IMG/VR virus record: IMGVR_UViG_3300020045_011910
Span: 1 to 52,424 of that record
Reading direction: 5' to 3' (one strand)
DNA: 52,424 bases
Source of the DNA: a virus
Taxonomy: Duplodnaviria; Caudoviricetes
Shown here in pieces: positions 1 to 6,112 of this stretch (its first letter is position 1; each line of letters starts with the position of its first letter). The position numbers and the translations under genes were made by a program. Under the pieces are notes generated by a model. The model saw only the letters and a program-made list of their open reading frames with translations, was not told the DNA's origin and did no database searches.

Positions 1-107
1 CAAGACGCGAGCAGAGTATCTCCCGAACGGCGTTACTATGGATAAAGAAGAGTGAGGCATGGCGTCGCACGATAGGAAACGAAAGCGGGATATAAGAGAA
101 CGCACAG

Positions 108-2267
108 TTGAAGACTTTGCTATATGACACGTTTGGCTTACCAATGCAGACAAAACGGCGGGCTGGGGGCGAAGAGACCGCCACAGCGGAGTCCGTAGCG
201 CTACGGAAGATACGACTGGCGTACCCTGACCGTACCAACGTGTGCGAGGTCATTGACCAGGCGATGTTGCACAACAAAGCGCAAAAGTTGGCAAGTTTCC
301 TTTACCCGACAACCTTTGACTACGACGGTAAGTTCCGTTTTACGGTGAAACTTAACACAGAGGCGGCCAGGTTGGCGAGCAGTAAAGCACCAAACGGAAC
401 CGGCAGAAATTGCCTATTTCCTGATGCCGAAGTTTTTACGCCCACAGGTTGGATTACACTAGCACATTTACAACATTTACCGGCGAACACTCAAGTCATG
501 CAGTGGAATACGGACGGTAAACTAACTTTTTGTGTGCCTCAACACCATACATATTCTTTTGACGATCAAATGTATGTAGCGGATAGTTGGTTCCACAAAA
601 ATGGCTATACCCCAGAGCACCGTATACCAATTACGGGCACTACAAAAGCACTATCGAAAGGTATAACACGTAAAATAGACCGTCAAATCACAGTTGATAC
701 AGCAATCAAAGCCTCGAAACGAAGTCAGGCCCTTATACCCGTTAGCGGGTACTACGAGGAAGGAAGAACACACTACGCATTTATACGCTTATTAGTCGCT
801 GTGCAAGCCGATGCCTCTGTAGAAGAGCACGAGATACGTTTCACATTTACAAAGCGGAGGAAAATTGAGCGTCTTTTGTGTTTAATGGATAGTTTACAGC
901 TTCGTTTTGTAGAACAGAAGGCACCAAAGGGCTACAGACGTTTCGCTTTGAAACGCACACATCCTGAAATTGAACGTATAGCGTTGATGTTAGGTAAACC
1001 TAAATTATTTAGTTGGGATTTACTTAATTTTGACATTGATACACTGGCATCTTTTATAGATGAAACACAATATTGGGACGGAAGCGTTAGAGGACGAAGC
1101 TGGTGGTATTTCAGTGTCGAGAAACGTAATGTCGAAATTGTGTCAACAATAGCGCACCTGTGTGGTTATTCATCTACAACATGGACTAATTTTGACAACA
1201 ATCGGGGGTATGGTTCAGGTCATAACCTACCGCTGCACTATGCAAAGATAAAACCGCGTGCTTACGTGACAACGGAAAGCAAACATTGGCATAAGGAATA
1301 CTATCAAGGTACCGTACACTGTCTCACAACGCCAACTGGATTTTTTCTTGTGCGCTATAAAGGTGTTATATGTGTAACAGGCAACTCGCAGAACACCGCA
1401 AGAGATGATCCTACGGGCAAGCTCCCAAGTATCAGGCGTGCAATCATACCAGACCCTGGTCATATATTAGTTGAAGCTGACGCCTCACAAATTGAAGGCC
1501 GTATCGTCTTTGTACGCACCAAAGACGAGAGCCTTATCAAGTTGGCGCGGGCACGTACTGACTTTGACCAGCATAGCTATGTGGCATCGCTCGTGTTCAA
1601 GAAACCTATTGACCAGGTAGGGAAAGGAACAGAAGAAAGGCAGACCGCAAAAAGCGTGAACCACGCAGCGATGCGTGCGATGCAAGGCAAGACGATGGCT
1701 GATAGGTTGCTCAAGGATGGCGTTTTGCACCTGGACGGCACTCCATACACCGCAGAAGAATGTGATGACTTACTTGAAGCCTATTATCAAGCGTTCTCCG
1801 GTGTGCGTTTTTGGCAACAGCGCATAAGGCGCGAGGTCCGGCTGACCCGGCGACTTATCAATAGTTGGGGTCGCATCTGGGATGTGCGCTACGAAGAACT
1901 CAACGACGACTTGTACAGACGTGCTTATAACTTTTTGCCTCAATCTGAATGTGCCGAACTGACTAATGTAGGTACTTTTGTTCCATTAGCTCAGTGGATT
2001 AAAAAGGAAAAACTGCACAGTCGGATACGTTTGCAGGAGCACGACGCGCTTGTCTGTAGCTGTCCAGTCGATGAGGCATATGACGTGGCTTTGTTCATGA
2101 AAGAGCACATCGAAGTAGAGCGCGAGTATGACGGTGTTGCTTTGTCGGTGCCTGTGGAATTTGGTGTCGGCCCTAACTACGGGGAGAAGAAAGAGTTACG
2201 AGAGTTACCAGAGCGGAGCGTGTTTGAGCAAATGATAAAGGCGTTTGTGAGAAGGATCATCACATGA
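108..2267 (+). CDS. polA: Family A DNA polymerase (polymerase domain; N-terminal part absent from this ORF) containing an intein
   Basis: Motif A LVEADASQIEGR, motif B RQTAKSVNH, motif C LQEHDAL, plus AYNFLPQS and an RLASSK...N/SQN segment split by an intein. In-frame TAA at 93-95 upstream of the TTG. Confidence 0.93.
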   Translation: MKTLLYDTFGLPMQTKRRAGGEETATAESVALRKIRLAYPDRTNVCEVIDQAMLHNKAQKLASFLYPTTFDYDGKFRFTVKLNTEAARLASSKAPNGTGRNCLFPDAEVFTPTGWITLAHLQHLPANTQVMQWNTDGKLTFCVPQHHTYSFDDQMYVADSWFHKNGYTPEHRIPITGTTKALSKGITRKIDRQITVDTAIKASKRSQALIPVSGYYEEGRTHYAFIRLLVAVQADASVEEHEIRFTFTKRRKIERLLCLMDSLQLRFVEQKAPKGYRRFALKRTHPEIERIALMLGKPKLFSWDLLNFDIDTLASFIDETQYWDGSVRGRSWWYFSVEKRNVEIVSTIAHLCGYSSTTWTNFDNNRGYGSGHNLPLHYAKIKPRAYVTTESKHWHKEYYQGTVHCLTTPTGFFLVRYKGVICVTGNSQNTARDDPTGKLPSIRRAIIPDPGHILVEADASQIEGRIVFVRTKDESLIKLARARTDFDQHSYVASLVFKKPIDQVGKGTEERQTAKSVNHAAMRAMQGKTMADRLLKDGVLHLDGTPYTAEECDDLLEAYYQAFSGVRFWQQRIRREVRLTRRLINSWGRIWDVRYEELNDDLYRRAYNFLPQSECAELTNVGTFVPLAQWIKKEKLHSRIRLQEHDALVCSCPVDEAYDVALFMKEHIEVEREYDGVALSVPVEFGVGPNYGEKKELRELPERSVFEQMIKAFVRRIIT
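411..1385 (+). mobile_element. Intein (325 aa) with LAGLIDADG-type homing endonuclease domain
   Basis: Begins CLFPDAEVFTPTGW (block A), has TPEHRI (block B) and VHCLTTPTGFFLVR (block F), and ends VTGN followed by +1 Ser. LAGLIDADG-like helices LLVAVQADAS and FIDETQYWDGS. Removal restores GTGRN-SQN. Confidence 0.93.
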
Positions 2268-2956
2268 AAAACAACGTAATTGTATTAGATTTAGAAGTCC
2301 TTAATAGCCCGGACTGGTGCAAACATTGCTTGCAAATACCTGAGTCGCACGGTCACCGCAATACGCCGTGCAAAGAAACATTTGAAAAGATCGGTTGGCG
2401 AGACTACCGGCTTCTCGGCATTTCCATAGGTTGTTACTACGATTACGCTGACGACCGCTATCATTACTTCGACCGTCGTACTCTGGAAGCGACAATACAC
2501 ACTTTTACCAAACGCCAGGCGCTCATGGCGAGCTTCAACGGTAAGCAGTTCGATTTTCCACTCATGGCCGAAGTCTTTGAGCATTGGGTGGACCATTTAT
2601 CAACTGCCGACAGTGGTGAAGCATTGCATAAGGTCTCGTGTTACCAGCTCAAGCATGATTTTCTTCGGCTCGCAGAGAACTCGTATGACATCCTTGACGA
2701 AATCTGGAAGATCGACCCGGCGAACAAGTTCCAGAAGGGTAATAGCCTGGGAGCTATCGCACCGCTGAACGGCTACGGCGAAAAAGAGATGCACGGGGCA
2801 CATGCCCCGGATGTCTGGCGACAGGGACGCTACGCAGAGGTTGTTGAGTATTGCACAGGGGATGTCTGGAAGACGAAAAAGCTCTTTGAACAGGTATGCC
2901 GTGGCGAGGCTATCAAGCGCCCTGCAGGCGCGGTACTTTTGCCGATACCGAATTAG
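2264..2956 (+). CDS. DEDD / RNase H-like 3'-5' exonuclease
   Basis: Motifs IVLDLE, SFNGKQFDFPL and YCTGDV; 4-nt overlap with the polymerase stop. Confidence 0.8.
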   Translation: MKNNVIVLDLEVLNSPDWCKHCLQIPESHGHRNTPCKETFEKIGWRDYRLLGISIGCYYDYADDRYHYFDRRTLEATIHTFTKRQALMASFNGKQFDFPLMAEVFEHWVDHLSTADSGEALHKVSCYQLKHDFLRLAENSYDILDEIWKIDPANKFQKGNSLGAIAPLNGYGEKEMHGAHAPDVWRQGRYAEVVEYCTGDVWKTKKLFEQVCRGEAIKRPAGAVLLPIPN

Positions 2957-2969
2957 GGTAACTTTGTGT

Positions 2970-3224
2970 ATGCAGACTATTGTAATGGTACGAGGTAAAT
3001 GGCAAAGGCGTGCCTTGCAAGTCATCCAAGAAGCGAATGGCGCTTTGACAACACGCCAGGTGCGTATTCGATGTGGCTTGACTCGCACGAAAGATCGTAC
3101 AGGTTCTTCAATGCGTAATGCGTTGCGCGGTATGCTCAAGTCCGGGCTTATATCGCAACCGTGCTCGGGGCTCTGGGCACCAATTGAGCAAGCCATAGAA
3201 TACGGCCCAAAATTCTTTCAATGA
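2970..3224 (+). CDS. Small basic hypothetical protein, possible winged HTH
   Basis: In-frame ATG at 2970 after the exonuclease stop; LTTRQVRIRCG and ALRGMLKSGLI resemble wHTH helices. Confidence 0.4.
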   Translation: MQTIVMVRGKWQRRALQVIQEANGALTTRQVRIRCGLTRTKDRTGSSMRNALRGMLKSGLISQPCSGLWAPIEQAIEYGPKFFQ

Positions 3225-3228
3225 TCCC

Positions 3229-3257
3229 TTGACTTCGGTATGCTATCGTGGCATACT
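3229..3257 (+). promoter_or_regulatory. Sigma70-like promoter for the RNA array, with palindromic operator-like site
   Basis: TTGACT-17 nt-CATACT with extended -10 TG; inverted repeat GTATGC-N7-GCATAC across the spacer; first RNA begins about 10 nt downstream. Confidence 0.65.
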
Positions 3258-3266
3258 ATAGAACGT

Positions 3267-3349
3267 CGGGGGTGGGAACGAGAGACCCCAAAGGTGGCCC
3301 GCATGGCTCATAACCATGAAATCAGTAGGTTCAACTCCTACACCCGCAA
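3267..3349 (+). tRNA. tRNA-Met(CAT)-like with aberrant, enlarged D region
   Basis: Anticodon arm CATGG-CTCATAA-CCATG; T arm GTAGG-TTCAACT-CCTAC; acceptor CGGGGGT/ACCCGCA with C1:A72 and one G:G mismatch; no encoded CCA. Confidence 0.7.
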
Positions 3350-3352
3350 CTG

Positions 3353-3420
3353 GCTACAGTAAAAGAGCACATAGTATTCTGCTTTGATGCGGCTCTATTA
3401 TGTACACACTGTACTGTAGC
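3353..3420 (+). ncRNA. Structured RNA element closed by a 9-bp stem
   Basis: GCTACAGTA/TACTGTAGC; internal complementarities GAGC/GCTC and ACATAGTA/TATTATGT. Confidence 0.45.
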
Positions 3421-3427
3421 GAAAAAT

Positions 3428-3561
3428 GACTTACTTACTGATGTGGATACATGCTCCGCGAAAGCGGTATGAGGGTTCGATTCCCTTCAATGCCTCCATA
3501 TTTGGCATTGTTGGTCAACGGTAGACCAGCGATAAAAAAAACCACGTTGACTGAGTAGGTC
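3428..3561 (+). ncRNA. Y-RNA-like unit 1 (YrlA-like permuted tRNA mimic)
   Basis: Terminal handle stem; T arm GAGGG-TTCGATT-CCCTT precedes acceptor CAATGCC-(TCCATATTT)-GGCATTG and D arm GGTC-AACGGTA-GACC; GAAA tetraloop hairpin CCGC/GCGG. Confidence 0.85.
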
Positions 3562-3569
3562 TTACAAAA

Positions 3570-3636
3570 CCTCTACGCTCGAAAGAGCGGTGTCTACAGT
3601 AGGCGCGCACACGGGCAATGCTACAAGTCCTAGAGG
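3570..3636 (+). ncRNA. Four-way-junction structured RNA between units 1 and 2
   Basis: CCTCTA/TAGAGG closes three hairpins: CGCTC-GAAA-GAGCG, GTGTCTA-CAG-TAGGCGC and GGGC-AATGCTACAA-GTCC. Confidence 0.5.
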
Positions 3637-3644
3637 CAAAATTT

Positions 3645-3771
3645 TCGCACTGACTATAGTGGGTACATGCCCTTCTAAGGCAGAGGTTGTCGGTTCGATT
3701 CCGATAGGTGGCGAATAGCCGTCTTAGCTCAATTGGTTAGAGCACTAAAAAACCACTGTGATTGAGTGCGA
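3645..3771 (+). ncRNA. Y-RNA-like unit 2 (circularly permuted tRNA-Arg(TCT) cargo)
   Basis: Handle stem; anticodon arm TGCC-CTTCTAA-GGCA, T arm GTCGG-TTCGATT-CCGAT, acceptor AGGTGGC-GAATA-GCCGTCT, D arm GCTC-AATTGGTTA-GAGC. Confidence 0.85.
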
Positions 3772-3780
3772 TTTAAGTTT

Positions 3781-3935
3781 TCACACTAACTGAAGTGCTT
3801 ACATGTTCAAAGGTACTCTTGAAACCGTAAGGTTTCTACGTTGGTTCGAATCCAGCACCGGCAATACAGATGTCGGTTGGGGGAGTGGTTAAACCCAGGA
3901 GTTAGTAACAGCAACAGCACTTTGACTGAGTGTGA
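3781..3935 (+). ncRNA. Y-RNA-like unit 3 (permuted class II, Ser/Tyr-type tRNA cargo)
   Basis: Handle stem; long variable arm GAAACC-GTAA-GGTTTC, T arm GTTGG-TTCGAAT-CCAGC, acceptor ACCGGCA-ATACAGA-TGTCGGT, D arm GGG-GAGTGGTTAAA-CCC, anticodon stem GGAGT/ACTCT. Confidence 0.85.
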
Positions 3936-3964
3936 TCTATTATCATTTCTAAGGAGCAAATCCC

Positions 3965-4312
3965 GTGCCTAAGTTAGAAATTATTACCACCATCCAATGT
4001 GCCAACCGCGATTACGATACGATTAACCTGGAAGAGTCAGTTATTCTTGATGGCCTGAGCAAGGTCGCCGCTGACGCTTTCATGGCTCGGAGTCTGCCTG
4101 TACCTGAGTGGCTAAGCAATCAGCGCCGGGCACTGAATCACCTTATCATTGTGAAAATGCAAGAAGAACTGGAATACCGGCTGAAGAAAGCGGAGCAACG
4201 CCGTACACAGCTTATGACGCCCGGTGAGCAGCGAGAAGCCCTGGACACGGAAATTGCCGCGTTGCGGGCTGCGCTCGGGGAACACACACCGACGAACGTG
4301 GCTGGCTCGTAG
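3965..4312 (+). CDS. Hypothetical coiled-coil protein embedded in the RNA array
   Basis: AAGGAG RBS, GTG start, 115 aa, helical C-terminus. Confidence 0.8.
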   Translation: MPKLEIITTIQCANRDYDTINLEESVILDGLSKVAADAFMARSLPVPEWLSNQRRALNHLIIVKMQEELEYRLKKAEQRRTQLMTPGEQREALDTEIAALRAALGEHTPTNVAGS

Positions 4313-4322
4313 TCAGCCGCCA

Positions 4323-4403
4323 GGCGGGGATGTTTGTCGTAAAGTCGGGTGGGTAGCTCATACAGCACCCGGCGTTGCAACTTGCATGGCATCCCCGCCA
4401 CCA
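4323..4403 (+). ncRNA. CCA-ending tRNA-like mini RNA
   Basis: GGCGGGGATG/CATCCCCGCC 10-bp stem followed by ACCA; internal hairpin GTCGGGTG/CACCCGGC with CTCATA in the loop; no canonical T or D loops. Confidence 0.6.
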
Positions 4404-4421
4404 CACAACACAATTGAATAT

Positions 4422-4538
4422 TACCACACTACTGTTGTGGTTACATGTTGCCCAATTGGTAGGGCATTTGCCTAAAGAGCAAAGCGTTGCCGGTTCAAGT
4501 CCGGTCGTGTAACCAAAACCACAACGACTTGTGTGGTA
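4422..4538 (+). ncRNA. Y-RNA-like unit 4 (non-permuted tRNA cargo, anticodon loop CTAAAGA)
   Basis: Handle stem continues into acceptor TTACATG/CGTGTAA-CCA; D arm GCCC-AATTGGTA-GGGC; anticodon arm TTTGC-CTAAAGA-GCAAA; T arm GCCGG-TTCAAGT-CCGGT; followed by a T-run. Confidence 0.85.
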
Positions 4539-4571
4539 TTTTTTTGTTGTCTAAAATAGGAGCAAAATTTC

Positions 4572-6086
4572 ATGGCCGTACGCAAGAAGTCTACAGCACC
4601 CATTGTTGAAAGTACTGTGTCCAAACAAGACATTATTACGATGCTTACAAAGTCTCCTCACGGGGATTTGATGCAGTACAGAGAACCTGTCACGCAAGCA
4701 GTACGAGCTGACGCCGACTTTACGGCGCACCTGATTGCCTGGAACCAACGTAAGGGAAGCATCCGAGATAGTAAGGTTGCGCTGCCTTTCTGGGTACGGA
4801 CGATTACACCCCTGGATGAAAACGCGCTGGCTCACCTGGCCTTACAATCACCACGTCAGCTTGTGCAGCTTATTCGCTTTGCCCAGACGAACAAGGTCAG
4901 TCGTGGCATGACACAATTTTGGAAAATGATCGGGCACTATCTCAAAGCCCGAGAGATGTTCCCCGCCTGGTTCAACGCCGTGGCGCTCCAGCACAGGGAG
5001 AGCCTGAAGACGCTCTACGCGCTCAGTCACACAGCACCCGGCGACTATGCCAACGCTATTGTGTTCAAGCGTCAGTATCCAACGTATTCGGTCTTTTATG
5101 CCGTGCAGCATCTTAAAGATTTTTCTGCACAGGAAATAGGTGGCTTGATCGAACGCTTTCGTATCCCGTACCTCGTGGCGCGGGGCGCTCTGGGTGTGCG
5201 TATGCGCGAGTCTGATGTGCTGCTTGCTGTGATAGACCGCATGAGTTCCACAGAGCTTGTGACCAACGTTAAGGCGCTACAGAAACTCGGGGCAACTAAC
5301 CATCCTGCGGTGAAAGCCGCGCTGGGAAAAGGGCTTGTTCGCGCCGGGAAATCGAGAGCCAACGTCCTCAAGACTACGAAAGCGGCACAGGTCATCGCAC
5401 AGGATGATCCCGATAATGCGCTGGTCACACAGCTTGAGGAGGTACAAGAGCGCCAGCTAGAGCGCGTCATTGACGGGAACTGGCTCATACTTGCCGACAA
5501 ATCTGGGTCGATGCAGAACGCCATTATGGCGGCTTGTGAGATTGCCGGGCTACTGGCTCATGCGGTCAAAGAGAAAGTGCACTTGATCTTTTTTGACACG
5601 ATGCCCCGGTACATCGACGTAACAGGAATGTCGTACAAACAAATTACCTCACTCACTCGGGGTATAACGGCACATGGCGGTACTTCAATAGGCTGCGGCT
5701 TACTCTGTGCGCTGGAGCGGCGCCTGCCTATTGATGGTATTGTCATTGTGTCGGACGGCGGGGAGAATAACGAGCCGCAATTTGCTCAGGTATACGTTCC
5801 CGCGTTTAGTGGTAGAGATGTACAGCCTCCCGTGTACTTTTACAAATTGCAGGGAGAATCGGACAGACTCTCACAGTGCATGACCGCTGCCCAGATTGAC
5901 TACCAAACGTTTGACCTTCAAGGTCAGAGTCTTGATAGATACTCATTGCCAAATCTCGTGCAGACCATGAGCGTCAAGCGGTATAGGCTGACCGACGAAA
6001 TTTATGACACGCCACTACTGACTTTGGAGCAGGCTTTACGTCCGCCAAGGCAGTTCAAAAATTTGCGTGAAAAGGTAGCCTTGTAG
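4572..6086 (+). CDS. TROVE/Ro60-like RNA-binding protein with C-terminal vWA domain
   Basis: Helical N-terminus with DADFTAHLIAW...GSIRD; MIDAS motifs LADKSGSM, GGTSIG and IVSDGGEN; about 500 aa; directly downstream of Y-RNA-like array. Confidence 0.8.
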   Translation: MAVRKKSTAPIVESTVSKQDIITMLTKSPHGDLMQYREPVTQAVRADADFTAHLIAWNQRKGSIRDSKVALPFWVRTITPLDENALAHLALQSPRQLVQLIRFAQTNKVSRGMTQFWKMIGHYLKAREMFPAWFNAVALQHRESLKTLYALSHTAPGDYANAIVFKRQYPTYSVFYAVQHLKDFSAQEIGGLIERFRIPYLVARGALGVRMRESDVLLAVIDRMSSTELVTNVKALQKLGATNHPAVKAALGKGLVRAGKSRANVLKTTKAAQVIAQDDPDNALVTQLEEVQERQLERVIDGNWLILADKSGSMQNAIMAACEIAGLLAHAVKEKVHLIFFDTMPRYIDVTGMSYKQITSLTRGITAHGGTSIGCGLLCALERRLPIDGIVIVSDGGENNEPQFAQVYVPAFSGRDVQPPVYFYKLQGESDRLSQCMTAAQIDYQTFDLQGQSLDRYSLPNLVQTMSVKRYRLTDEIYDTPLLTLEQALRPPRQFKNLREKVAL

Positions 6087-6112
6087 TCGAACTTCAGTAA
6101 AGGGAGCAAAGC

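Noticed and set aside
3428-3935. Ordinary tandem tRNA cluster read across gene boundaries
   Set aside because: Within each unit the 3' acceptor strand pairs with the downstream 5' strand, not with an upstream one; halves from adjacent units do not pair.
4323-4403. tmRNA or two-piece tmRNA
   Set aside because: No T arm before CCA, no G3:U70 alanine identity pair, and no tag frame or pseudoknots visible.
3428-4538. CRISPR array or simple direct repeat interpretation of the recurring TACATG/GACTGAG motifs
   Set aside because: Repeats vary with compensatory pairing, the 'spacers' are tRNA-like folds, and there are no cas genes.
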